This document shows, piece after piece, positions 16,550 through 25,635 of a stretch of 52,700 nucleotides of DNA. Position numbers and translations under genes: made by a program. Within the stretch, counting starts at the first letter, position 1, and every line of letters starts with the position of its first letter. The notes beneath the pieces are model-generated. The model had not been told where the DNA came from. It ran no database searches and worked only from the letters and a program-made list of their open reading frames with translations. The stretch comes from Eubacteriales bacterium. Its GTDB lineage: Bacteria > Bacillota > Clostridia > Oscillospirales > CAG-272. Where the stretch lies: contig JAZSOK010000089.1 of assembly GCA_045536865.1 (NCBI GenBank), positions 1 through 52,700 on the forward strand, in the 5' to 3' direction.

Positions 16550-18751
16550 ATGGTTGCCTATTTCATTACTTTTGCCCTGTTGCTTTGCCTATGCTTACTG
16601 ATCCCGAAAAAATCAAAGGAAGCGAGCGATCAAAAAGCGCCTTTTTTGCGTGGAGCAAGACGCTTTGGCTTGATACTGCTTTGCGCGGCGCTTCTTTTTG
16701 AGGTGTTTGTGGCAAACTTCCGTTCCTTTCATCTACTGTTCGGCGACTATGAAACTGTGGCAGTTGACCTGCAAGGCGAGAACGTCAAGGTGTCGGGCAC
16801 GGAGAAAGACGGCTCACTGACGTCTCAAAACGGCGGACAAACGGTCGTCCTTGAAATGGTAGACATTGGCCGCCCCGTGGGCACGTTGCACATTGAACTC
16901 GATATGCCAAAGGCAAACTACGAGGGGGAGGCACCCGACCACGGCACGCCCTACGTCAACGTCGGCGTGGATGCCAAGGACGTCACCCAAATGGCCACTT
17001 ACCGTTACGGTGTTGCGAACGGTCAAATTATCCGCGGCGATCGGCGTTCGGCTTACGTCAATTTGGATTTGTCGGGGGACGTGGAGGCGCTTCGTATCGC
17101 CTTGACGGCACAAAACGGACAGGTCTTTACGGTGAAGAGCATCACTTTCAATAAAACCGTACCCATGCAGTTCTCGGCAATTCGGCTTCTTTTGATCGTC
17201 GGCATCGCCTTCGCCATTTACGCACTATTCAAGTGCCCGTCCATGCTATCCACCTACGGTGACAGACAAAAAGCACTTCGCATCGGCGTATTCGTCATGA
17301 CGGTGGTGATGGTTTTGATGGCCGTTTCTCTCAACTTCCTTCGCAACTACGGTGAGGGCGGCAACATCATTTTGGGTGATGGCGGCAACCAAATGACAAA
17401 GGATTTGGTGGAGGCCTTTGAAGCAGGTCAGGTGCATCTTTTGGAAGAGCCGCCGAAAGAACTCCTTGACATGGAAAATCCCTATGACTGGAGCGAAAGA
17501 GTTGCGGCGAATTTGTACTACAAATGGGATCATCTCCTATTTGAAGGGAAGTATTACTCCTACTACGGCATCGCGCCCGTGGTGACGCTATTCTTGCCCT
17601 TCCACATGGTCACGGGGCAGTATTTTGACACCTCTTTTGCAGTTCTTTTGTTCACGGTACTGGGCATCATGTTCTTGTCGTTACTGTTCCTTGAATTCTG
17701 CAAACGGTACGGCAAAAGTCTTCCTGTCAACGTTTTGCTCTGCACGCTATTTATCATGCAGATGTCCTCGGGTGCATGGTACAATCTTGTTTACGATAAC
17801 TTCTATGAGATCGCGCAATCCTCCGGCTTTATGTGCGTGTGCGCGGGATTTTATTTCCTGCTTAAATCCAATCTCATCGGTGAGGGGATCATAAAATACC
17901 GACACATTGTATTTGCGACGCTATTTTTAGCCATGGGCGTTTTGTGCCGCCCGACCTTGGCGGTGTATTGCGTGGCGGCGCTCGCTTTCCTCGTTTGGGG
18001 ATTTTTCAAGCAAAGAGATGCGCTCGCAGATAAGGATAAAGCCACCAGAAACAAAGAGGTGGTCAAATACGCCCTGGCGTCGCTTTCCTGCTTTGTACTG
18101 ATTGGCGGCGTACAAATGTGGTACAACTACGCGCGGTTTGGCAATATCTTGGACTTCGGCATTCAATATTCCTTAACCATCAACGACTTTACCCGTGCGC
18201 AATATCACACTGACTTTGCCATGATAGGCTTTTGGAACTTCCTGTTTGCCTTCCCCATCATCAGGCCCGAATTCCCCTACGTGTTCTCCAATTTCTCGAC
18301 CTTGGATGCAAACGGCTACTATTTTATCGCCAACACAAACGCGGTGGGGCTGTTCATCCGCGCCCTGCCTACGCTCGGCTTTGCAGGCGGTTTTTTGGCG
18401 TGGCGGCAATTAAAGAAAAAAGAGAAGTGGCAGGCGGCAACGCTTTTGCTTCCCGTGTGCGTTATTTGCCCCTTGGTGATCATTTTCTCCATTTGGGAAA
18501 GCGGCTACGGCGTGCGCTACTGTTGCGACTTTGCATGGCAACTGATTTTGGGCGGTGCGGCGGTTTTGTTCTTCCTATATGCCAAAAAAGCACAACCCCA
18601 AACCAAAAAAATCATGCAAGGCTTCTTCGTGGTCTCGGCGGTGCTGGCACTATTCATCAACGGTGCAATGGTCTACGATTATCTTGACAAGGGCGGCTAC
18701 CTCACGGCAGAATTTTTGAGTTTTGAAAGAATGTTTGACTTTTGGATATAA
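16550..18751 (+). CDS. large polytopic membrane protein, possibly a GT-C-fold (PMT/ArnT/YfhO-like) glycosyltransferase
   Basis: 733 aa: an N-terminal TM helix, a ~190-aa extracytoplasmic domain, then at least 10 TM helices with aromatic-rich loops. Coding is confident, but the function is a guess from architecture and neighbours. Confidence 0.55.
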   Translation: MVAYFITFALLLCLCLLIPKKSKEASDQKAPFLRGARRFGLILLCAALLFEVFVANFRSFHLLFGDYETVAVDLQGENVKVSGTEKDGSLTSQNGGQTVVLEMVDIGRPVGTLHIELDMPKANYEGEAPDHGTPYVNVGVDAKDVTQMATYRYGVANGQIIRGDRRSAYVNLDLSGDVEALRIALTAQNGQVFTVKSITFNKTVPMQFSAIRLLLIVGIAFAIYALFKCPSMLSTYGDRQKALRIGVFVMTVVMVLMAVSLNFLRNYGEGGNIILGDGGNQMTKDLVEAFEAGQVHLLEEPPKELLDMENPYDWSERVAANLYYKWDHLLFEGKYYSYYGIAPVVTLFLPFHMVTGQYFDTSFAVLLFTVLGIMFLSLLFLEFCKRYGKSLPVNVLLCTLFIMQMSSGAWYNLVYDNFYEIAQSSGFMCVCAGFYFLLKSNLIGEGIIKYRHIVFATLFLAMGVLCRPTLAVYCVAALAFLVWGFFKQRDALADKDKATRNKEVVKYALASLSCFVLIGGVQMWYNYARFGNILDFGIQYSLTINDFTRAQYHTDFAMIGFWNFLFAFPIIRPEFPYVFSNFSTLDANGYYFIANTNAVGLFIRALPTLGFAGGFLAWRQLKKKEKWQAATLLLPVCVICPLVIIFSIWESGYGVRYCCDFAWQLILGGAAVLFFLYAKKAQPQTKKIMQGFFVVSAVLALFINGAMVYDYLDKGGYLTAEFLSFERMFDFWI

Positions 18752-18792
18752 AAGGCAAGGCGAAAAACATGCCGCTCTACTGCAATGAATAG

Positions 18793-18828
18793 AAAAATCC
18801 TCGTTTCGTACGAAACGAGGATTTTTTC
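18793..18828 (+). terminator. bidirectional intrinsic terminator
   Basis: AATCCTCGTTTCG-ta-CGAAACGAGGATT, flanked by an A-run and a T-run. Confidence 0.85.
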
Positions 18829-19383
18829 GTGGGCTAAAAAACGCATACCGTGGCTTTTAGGATTTTAGGCCGATTTGGAAATGCAGTATGCGTTATTTCG
18901 TTATCCTTTATATACCGATAGGCTCATCGGTGTATAACTTTTCTTTGTAACTTGGAATGCTTTCAAGTTCAAGTGCCTTGGCAAGATGCAAAAGGACTTG
19001 GTTTGTTTTGAGTAAATTATAGCACAAGGAATGGGGGGAGGTCAATGTTTTTGTTTGAAAAAACAATGCCTTTTTTGAGAATTTAGTCTGTCAAATGGGC
19101 ATGAAACTTTATGAGAGGGAAACCGTGGGATTATAGTATATATCAATGTATTTGAAGCGCCCCGCACTGTTGCGGGGCGCTTATGTTATAGGGGGGATAT
19201 CTTTTTATAATGAAACAGACGACCGTTAAAGCAAACGCAAACCAAAAAAGTTTCACAAAACGCAGACAACTCCTAAAAATATCGTTATTTGCGCCTATAT
19301 GAGTGCAAAGACGTCGCCACACAGACATATAATATTATCAAGTGTGTTGCACCAAAATAAGTGCAAAAGGAAGGGGATTGTCA

Positions 19384-19617
19384 ATGAACGCAGAATATGA
19401 GAAAACGGTGGGGAATAACATCAGAAAAATAAGAGAAAGCGCAAAAATGACGCAAGAAATTTTGTCCGCAAAATTACAGTTGTCAGGGTGCGACATAACG
19501 AGAAGCGCCGTTGCCAAAATAGAAGTTGGACAACGGCACTTATATCCCGATGAAATCAAGTTGATAAAGGAAATATTGGACACGACTTTTGATAAAATAT
19601 TTTACGGTGTGGAATAG
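19384..19617 (+). CDS. XRE-family helix-turn-helix protein
   Basis: ATG 19384 follows AAAGGAAGGGG. IRKIRESAKMTQEILSAKLQLSGCDITRSAVAKIEVGQR is an HTH_3 segment. Confidence 0.75.
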   Translation: MNAEYEKTVGNNIRKIRESAKMTQEILSAKLQLSGCDITRSAVAKIEVGQRHLYPDEIKLIKEILDTTFDKIFYGVE

Positions 19618-19700
19618 GGAATATAAGATTATGTTTGTCCGTTTGGTTCAAGTACCGTAAGCAGTTGTGCAAAAATATCTCTTTTGTAGCCTTCTCATAA

Positions 19701-19730
19701 GAAAAACCACTTCTTTGGAAGTGGTTTTTC
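19701..19730 (+). terminator. intrinsic terminator
   Basis: AAAAACCACTTC-tttg-GAAGTGGTTTTT. Confidence 0.8.
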
Positions 19731-19733
19731 AAT

Positions 19734-19880
19734 TATATTCGCCTGCGGCGAGGTATATTGCATCGCAGTTATATTCGGCTTACGCCGAGTTATATTGCCT
19801 GCGGGGCACATAGGGGTAAACATCGCATCATATCGAGCAAAGCAAGCGACATCATTTTGAACGAAGCGAAATACATCATT
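19734..19880. repeat. word + mini-hairpin array D (TATATT units, then 24-nt CATCAT units)
   Basis: TATATT occurs at 19734, 19754, 19770 and 19791, followed by CGCCtgcGGCG, TGCatcGCA, CGGCttacGCCG and GCCtgcggGGC. CATCAT occurs at 19826, 19850 and 19874 with a 24-nt period. Confidence 0.65.
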
Positions 19881-20056
19881 GAAAAACATTAAAGTAGCGG
19901 TACCGTAAACTTTTTTACGTATTTTCATAAAAATCTTCAAACATAATTCTTTTCATTGTTTGGGTATGTTTTGCTATTTGGGTTTGTCAAAAGTCCCATA
20001 CTGTAAAAGAAGAAGCTAAAAGAGTAAAAAACGCTGATAGAAACATTTTTATAGGT

Positions 20057-20248
20057 ATGTCCGAAGAAGCGGTTATTAACATTTTGGGGGAGTCGGATAA
20101 TACAGGATATGGCGAGGACGGTTCTCAAATCCTGACCTGGAGTGTGGATACAAAGTATTTCAGTAGCATTTTTGCTACACAAACTTATCATTGTTTCAAA
20201 GTTGTTATAAAAAACGGCGTGGTAGTTGCATACGATGGCAACTCTTGA
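20057..20248 (+). CDS. hypothetical small protein; the ORF may start upstream with a TM anchor
   Basis: 63-aa ORF. The frame stays open back to 19931 and would encode a hydrophobic N-terminus (IILFIVWVCFAIWVC), but there is no canonical start codon there. Confidence 0.35.
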   Translation: MSEEAVINILGESDNTGYGEDGSQILTWSVDTKYFSSIFATQTYHCFKVVIKNGVVVAYDGNS

Positions 20249-20367
20249 TTGCCTTGATTATCAAAATCATTTATAAAACTTCTCGAAAGTGTTTACTTTT
20301 TAACTTTTCTATGATACAATATTAGGCGAAATTGTTAGACCATAAAAACACGCACGAGGAGAGAAAA

Positions 20368-20667
20368 ATGGCAGAAATACTTGAAATAACGATGATAGTC
20401 AGTTTTGGCATTTCGTGGCCGCTGAACGTTTTGAAATCATACAAAGCAAGAACGACAAAAGGGAAGAGCCTTGCGTTTTTGCTCTTGATCCTTTTTGGAT
20501 ACGTGGCAGGCATTGCATCAAAACTCATCAATGAGGCGTATATGTCGCAATTTGCGGAAAAATGGTACGTTTTATTTTTCTATGTTCTCAACTTCGTGAT
20601 GGTGGCGACGGACCTCGGTTTTTATATCAGAAACTATATGCTTGATAAAGCGAGAGGCCAGATGTGA
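20368..20667 (+). CDS. 3-TM PQ-loop / SemiSWEET-like small membrane protein
   Basis: ATG 20368 follows GAGGAGAG. TM1 is followed by SWPLNVLKSYKARTTKGKSL (PQ-loop-like) and two more TM helices. Confidence 0.55.
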   Translation: MAEILEITMIVSFGISWPLNVLKSYKARTTKGKSLAFLLLILFGYVAGIASKLINEAYMSQFAEKWYVLFFYVLNFVMVATDLGFYIRNYMLDKARGQM

Positions 20668-20682
20668 TATAAATATGGTTCC

Positions 20683-20717
20683 AAAAGCCCTTGAGAAATC
20701 AAGGGCTTTTGTTGTTT
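20683..20717 (+). terminator. intrinsic terminator
   Basis: AAAAGCCCTT-gagaaatc-AAGGGCTTTT followed by GTTGTTT. Confidence 0.75.
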
Positions 20718-20861
20718 GCAAGGCGAAATTTGTATGTCAAAATTACAGATATAAAACAGGCAAAGTGGCACTTTGGGGGGGGATTGAAACTAAAACATTT
20801 TAAAACGTTCTTTGCACTTATTATAAAACTTTATATATTATCTTTTAGGATAAGAAGTTTA

Positions 20862-20890
20862 TTGACAATTGGAGAAATTGGTGTTATAAT
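20862..20890 (+). promoter_or_regulatory. sigma-A promoter
   Basis: TTGACA, 17-nt spacer, TATAAT, with an extended TG (gTGtTATAAT). Confidence 0.75.
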
Positions 20891-20925
20891 AAATTCAAAT
20901 TATTTTACAAAAGGCAGGACTTCTA

Positions 20926-22005
20926 ATGTTAAAAGAACTTGTAAGTGAAAGAAAATTGCCGAAACTTTTGAGCGCCGAGGATATGAAGCATCTTTTGCTA
21001 CAAGACGAATACGGGTTTTTGCCAAATGTGTCGTACAAAATGAGTGTGTCAGAGCCTGTATCCATTGAAAAAGCCTACTGCTCGGAGAGGGCAGAGCATT
21101 CTTACGTGGATATGACGATCACCGTTGAAGATCGCTCCCACACATTTCGCGTGAACAGATTACTTCATTCCGATGGTAAAAAGCATCCGTTCTTTGTGTT
21201 AATTAACTTTTACTCCGATTTGCCAAATCGATATTGCCCACTGGAAATGATTGCCGAGGAAGGGTTTTCTCTTTTATCCGTCTGCTATCAGGATGTTGCA
21301 AGTGATGATGCAGACTTTACAAACGGTCTGGCAAAGGTGCTTCTGCCCAATGGACAGGAAACGGACGAGACAGGCGGCAAAATCGCTATATGGGCTTGGG
21401 CACTTATGAGGGTTATGGACTATGCTCAAACATTAGATAGTTTGGACTTGTCTCAAGCGGCGGTTATCGGGCATTCAAGACTTGGAAAAACAGCGCTTTT
21501 AACATCTATGTTAGACAACAGATTTCGCTATGCATTTTCCAATGACTCGGGTTGTAGCGGTGCGGCTCTTGCCAGAGGAAGTTCCGGACTTTCCAAAACG
21601 GAAAACTACCGTGGAGGAGAGACTATCGACGTTATTACAACAGTCTTCCCCTATTGGTTCTGTAAAAAATATCGTTCTTATGCCAAGGACGGTTTTGTTC
21701 CCGGTTGCGATCAGCATTTTCTTCTTTCATCGATTGCCCCGCGCTTTGTCTACGTGGCATCTGCTTCTATGGACGATTGGGCCGACCCCACCTCCGAATT
21801 TTTATGTTGCGTGGCCGCTTCGGAGCAATATGAAAAACTTGGCTATTCGGGACTGGTACATTTGGATCGTCTGCCAAACGTGCCTGAACATTTCCATGAA
21901 GGCAGAATAGGTTACCATAAACGTGAAGGCGCGCATTTCTTGTCAATCAAGGATTGGGACTTATACATGAAATATATTCGTTTGCACGAACATGATTCTA
22001 TATGA
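20926..22005 (+). CDS. alpha/beta hydrolase, glucuronoyl-esterase (CE15)-like
   Basis: 359 aa. GHSRLGKTAL resembles the CE15 nucleophile motif G-C-S-R-x-G-K. No signal peptide is present. Confidence 0.6.
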   Translation: MLKELVSERKLPKLLSAEDMKHLLLQDEYGFLPNVSYKMSVSEPVSIEKAYCSERAEHSYVDMTITVEDRSHTFRVNRLLHSDGKKHPFFVLINFYSDLPNRYCPLEMIAEEGFSLLSVCYQDVASDDADFTNGLAKVLLPNGQETDETGGKIAIWAWALMRVMDYAQTLDSLDLSQAAVIGHSRLGKTALLTSMLDNRFRYAFSNDSGCSGAALARGSSGLSKTENYRGGETIDVITTVFPYWFCKKYRSYAKDGFVPGCDQHFLLSSIAPRFVYVASASMDDWADPTSEFLCCVAASEQYEKLGYSGLVHLDRLPNVPEHFHEGRIGYHKREGAHFLSIKDWDLYMKYIRLHEHDSI

Positions 22006-22065
22006 TAACGATCCGTTAGATTACATCCCGTAAGCAAAACGGCCACAAATCTTTTTGAGATCTTT

Positions 22066-22107
22066 AAAAAAGAAAACCAACCTACGTGGGTTGGTTTTTC
22101 TTTTTTT
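22066..22107. terminator. bidirectional intrinsic terminator
   Basis: AAAACCAACC...GGTTGGTTTT hairpin flanked by an A-run and a T-run. Confidence 0.8.
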
Positions 22108-22109
22108 CA

Positions 22110-22856
22110 TTACCAAATAAATTTTTCTGCGTATTTTGCGGAAAACTCCGATGAGATATCGCGTTCGGAAACCACGTGCGTGATATCGTCCAAGGTACAA
22201 AGCGTATTCAAGCAAGGGGCACCTATTTTTTGAGAATCGAGCATCAAAACGCTTTTTTTCGATTGTGCAATCATGGCTTGGCGCACGGCGTTTTCGGCAA
22301 TGGCATTATCGGTAAGACTGCCGTCACGGGTCAGTCGGCGCACGGAAAAGAAGCAAATATCCGCATTAAACGAGCGTATAAAAGACTCGGCATACGGACC
22401 GACAAGGGCGTAAGTACCGTGGGCAAGCTCGCCACCCGAAACAAATGCCTTGATTTTTGTTTCCGCAAGAACCCTTGTCGCACCCGCGTTATTGGTAATG
22501 ATGACGACGGAGAGTTTTCCCGGCAAGAGTTTTAGCAGTTCAAAGGCGGTTGACGAGGCGTCTATAATGACGGTGTCGCCGTTTTTTATCAGAGAAAGAC
22601 AACGTTTTCCTATCGCGGATTTTGCGTTTGCATGCTCTCTTTCACGAAAGCCAAGCGGCAAGTTTTCGCCCGGCCGTTCCAAATAGACGGCACCGCCGTG
22701 CGTGCGGAGGATCTTGCCTGCACCCTGTAATGCCAACAGGTCGCGGCGCATGGTCGGCTCGCTAACGAAAACCGTGCGGCAAAGTTCTGCCACGGTGGCT
22801 TCCTTCTTGTTTTGCAAATATTCCAAAATGGCGCTTTCTCTTTCTTTGAACGACAT
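22110..22856 (-). CDS. DeoR-family transcriptional repressor
   Basis: 248 aa with an N-terminal HTH (ATVAELCRTVFVSEPTMRRDL) and a DeoR C-terminal sugar-phosphate sensor domain. Confidence 0.9.
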   Translation of the reverse strand: MSFKERESAILEYLQNKKEATVAELCRTVFVSEPTMRRDLLALQGAGKILRTHGGAVYLERPGENLPLGFREREHANAKSAIGKRCLSLIKNGDTVIIDASSTAFELLKLLPGKLSVVIITNNAGATRVLAETKIKAFVSGGELAHGTYALVGPYAESFIRSFNADICFFSVRRLTRDGSLTDNAIAENAVRQAMIAQSKKSVLMLDSQKIGAPCLNTLCTLDDITHVVSERDISSEFSAKYAEKFIW

Positions 22857-23007
22857 CCTCTTTTCCTCGCTTTCGGGTGAGTGCGCTCATGCCTTTTGCG
22901 CTACCTTTGGCTCTGTTTTCATAGCGCTTTAATTCATGAGCGTTTGATCGCTTTTTTCAAGTTATCATCAAAATAATGAATAATTTGATTGTTTTTAGGG
23001 AGCGGTA

Positions 23008-23036
23008 TTGACTTTTTTGATTGAAACGATTAAAAT
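23008..23036 (+). promoter_or_regulatory. promoter of the Ldh_2/malic-enzyme operon, with TTTGAT[TC]G boxes
   Basis: TTGACT, 17-nt spacer, TAAAAT. Direct repeats TTTGATCG (22943), TTTGATTG (22984) and TTTGATTG (23016) are present, the last inside the spacer. Confidence 0.6.
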
Positions 23037-23090
23037 TCAAGTAGTATAATTATAACATAAAGAATCATAAAAAGCAAGAAAGGGAGAAAA

Positions 23091-24203
23091 ATGGCAAAGG
23101 TTATTTTGGATTGGAAAACGGCGGAGGACTTTATTACCGACGCATTTATTGGAGTGGGCGTTCCCAAAGACGATGCCAAAATCGTTACCGACGTTCTTTT
23201 AGAGAGCGACAGACGCGGCATTGAATCGCACGGATGCAACAGATTTAAGCCCATTTACATCGACCGTATCAAGGCGGGCATTCAACAACCCGTTACTAAT
23301 TTTGAAATTATCAAGAAAACACCGACCACTGCCGTTATTGACGGTCATCACGGCATGGGACAGGTCATTGGTTACAAGGCCATGTCTATGGCGATTGAGA
23401 TGGCAAAGGAGTACGGCATGGGCATGGTCGCGGTACGCAACTCCTGCCATTACGGCATTGCGGGATATTACGCAACGATGGCGACGAAGGCAGGTTGCAT
23501 CGGTATGACGGGAACGAACGCCCGCCCCTCCGTTGCCCCCACGTTTGGCGTTGAAGGAATGTTCGGCACGAATCCCTTTACCATAGGCATTCCCTCAGAC
23601 GAAAAGTTTGATTTTATCTTTGACTGTGCGACCTCTATCACCCAAAACGGAAAAGTTGAGTATTACGAGCGTATCGGTGAGCCTGTTCATCCCGGAACTA
23701 TCATTGACATTGACGGAAACGCCGTTGAAGGGGATGCCGGGGTGGCACTGAAAAAGATCCGTAACGGCACCGCCGCCCTTACCACGCTTGGCGGTATTGG
23801 CGAGGCGCTCGGCGGATATAAAGGCTACGGATTTGCAGTAGCGGTTGAGTTGATGTGTGCCGCTTTGCAGGACGGTATGTACGGCAAGGACCTTGACGGC
23901 AAGGACGAGAACGGAGATATCCGCCCCTATCACTTGGGACACTATTTTATTGCCATTGATACCGAGCATTTCCTCGGCGAAGCGCTTTGCAGAAAAAAGG
24001 CGGGCGACATTTTACGCAGTATTCGCGCCTCCAAGAAATCTCCCGATGCGGAGCGCATTTACACGGCAGGCGAGAAGGAATACGACATCTGGATGTCACG
24101 CAAGCAGACGGGTGTTCCGATTAACGAGTCGGTACAGGCAGAAATGATCAAGGTCAGAGACGAACTCGGACTGTCACAATACGTTTTCCCTTGGGAAAAA
24201 TAA
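23091..24203 (+). CDS. Ldh_2-family oxidoreductase (malate/L-lactate/sulfolactate/ureidoglycolate dehydrogenase type)
   Basis: 370 aa. DRRGIESHGCNRF...IDRIKAG and the overall pattern fit the Ldh_2 family. Confidence 0.85.
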   Translation: MAKVILDWKTAEDFITDAFIGVGVPKDDAKIVTDVLLESDRRGIESHGCNRFKPIYIDRIKAGIQQPVTNFEIIKKTPTTAVIDGHHGMGQVIGYKAMSMAIEMAKEYGMGMVAVRNSCHYGIAGYYATMATKAGCIGMTGTNARPSVAPTFGVEGMFGTNPFTIGIPSDEKFDFIFDCATSITQNGKVEYYERIGEPVHPGTIIDIDGNAVEGDAGVALKKIRNGTAALTTLGGIGEALGGYKGYGFAVAVELMCAALQDGMYGKDLDGKDENGDIRPYHLGHYFIAIDTEHFLGEALCRKKAGDILRSIRASKKSPDAERIYTAGEKEYDIWMSRKQTGVPINESVQAEMIKVRDELGLSQYVFPWEK

Positions 24204-24235
24204 AAACACCAAAACGACGGTAGAATGGAGAGAAT

Positions 24236-25408
24236 ATGAATTACGCAGAAGAATCTCTGAAAAAGCATGGAGAGTGGGGCGGCAAAATCGAAGTGGTCGC
24301 CCGTGTTGAAGTTAAAAACAAAGAGGATCTTTCCCTTGCTTACACCCCCGGTGTTGCCGCCCCGTGCTTGGAAATCCAAAAGGACGAAGCAAAATCGTAT
24401 GATTTAACACGCCGCTTTAACACTGTTGCCGTGATTACAGACGGCACGGCCGTTTTAGGTCTTGGCGATATAGGCCCTGTGGCAGGAATGCCCGTTATGG
24501 AAGGGAAGGCGCTACTGTTTAAGGCGTTTGCCGACGTTGACGCCATTCCGCTTTGTATCAAGAGCAAAGACGTTGACGAGATCGTCCGCACTATCTATTT
24601 GCTTTCGGGCAGTTTCGGTGGCATTAACCTTGAAGATATCGCCGCACCGCGTTGCTTTGAAATCGAGGCGCGCTTAAAGGAACTTTGCGACATTCCCGTG
24701 TTCCACGACGACCAGCACGGTACCGCTATCGTTTTGGGTGCGGCCTTGATTAACGCACTCAAAGTTGTGAAAAAGAATATTGGGGATATCAAACTTGTGA
24801 TCAACGGCGCGGGCAGTGCAGGTATTGCCATTGCCAAATTCCTTTTAAGCCTTGGCGTTAAAAACATGCTCCTTTGCGATAAAATCGGCATCCTTGTTGA
24901 AGGTAAGGAAGGCATGAACGCCGACCAGGCGAAGATGGCGGGCATAACCAATTTCGATAAGCAGGACGGCACCTTGGCAGATGCCATGAAGGGGGCGGAC
25001 GTTTTCATCGGCGTGTCGGCTCCCGGAATTGTCAGCAAAGAAATGGTTGCCTCTATGAACCGCGGCGCGATTGTTTTCCCGATGGCAAATCCCGTTCCCG
25101 AAATTGATCCGGGGCTTGCCAAAGAGGCGGGCGCGGCCGTCGTTGGTACGGGCAGAAGCGATTTCAACAACCAAATCAACAACGTTCTGGCATTCCCGGG
25201 AATTTTCCGTGGCGCACTTGATGCGAGAGCCACCGCCATTACGGAGGAAATGAAGCAGGCCGCCGCATACGGTATTGCCTCTTTAATTCGTGACGAGGAA
25301 CTTTCCGCCGATTATATCATACCGAATGCGTTTGATCCGCGCGTTGCGAAAACGGTGGCAGACGCCGTCAAAAAATGTGCACAAGAGCAGGGAATTTCCA
25401 AAATTTGA
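24236..25408 (+). CDS. NAD(P)-dependent malic enzyme (short form, no PTA domain)
   Basis: 390 aa with [13 protein letters not shown], the Rossmann motif [10 protein letters not shown] and [15 protein letters not shown]. Confidence 0.92.
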   Translation: MNYAEESLKKHGEWGGKIEVVARVEVKNKEDLSLAYTPGVAAPCLEIQKDEAKSYDLTRRFNTVAVITDGTAVLGLGDIGPVAGMPVMEGKALLFKAFADVDAIPLCIKSKDVDEIVRTIYLLSGSFGGINLEDIAAPRCFEIEARLKELCDIPVFHDDQHGTAIVLGAALINALKVVKKNIGDIKLVINGAGSAGIAIAKFLLSLGVKNMLLCDKIGILVEGKEGMNADQAKMAGITNFDKQDGTLADAMKGADVFIGVSAPGIVSKEMVASMNRGAIVFPMANPVPEIDPGLAKEAGAAVVGTGRSDFNNQINNVLAFPGIFRGALDARATAITEEMKQAAAYGIASLIRDEELSADYIIPNAFDPRVAKTVADAVKKCAQEQGISKI

Positions 25409-25466
25409 TTTGAGAACGCACTATGCACTTTTCGTTTATTAGAGAGAAAACATCACTAAAAATGCG

Positions 25467-25508
25467 AAATATGGGGTGGCTGCTCTTGTGCAGCCACCCC
25501 ATATTTTA
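25467..25508. terminator. bidirectional intrinsic terminator
   Basis: AAATATGGGGTGGCTGC-tcttgtg-CAGCCACCCCATATTT. Confidence 0.85.
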
Positions 25509-25635
25509 ATACTTATTCGAAACGTATCACGGCAAATTGCGTGTCGTCGCCGCGTGCTTCGACCGTCGGGGACGTTTCGTCACCGTATAAAAAATGTGTG
25601 TCAACGATAAATCGGACAAGTCGTCTGTTTTTTAA

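Noticed and set aside
19155-19182. A 12-bp GC-rich hairpin (AAGCGCCCCGCA-ctgt-TGCGGGGCGCTT) as an intrinsic terminator.
   Set aside because: No T-run follows on either strand and no convincing gene ends next to it. It is left unassigned.
25513-25635. A 40-codon in-frame extension (LKNRRLVRFIVDTHFLYGDETSPTVEARGDDTQFAVIRFE) follows the TGA stop of the FGGY kinase. This could suggest stop-codon readthrough, recoding or an alternative genetic code.
   Set aside because: Many other genes in the window terminate cleanly at TGA with terminators after them, so the standard code holds. I could identify no SECIS-like element. The stretch also contains a long-range inverted repeat (CGAAACG/CGTTTCG) and may be a decayed intergenic element or gene remnant. 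It is worth a glance with homologues but is not supported.
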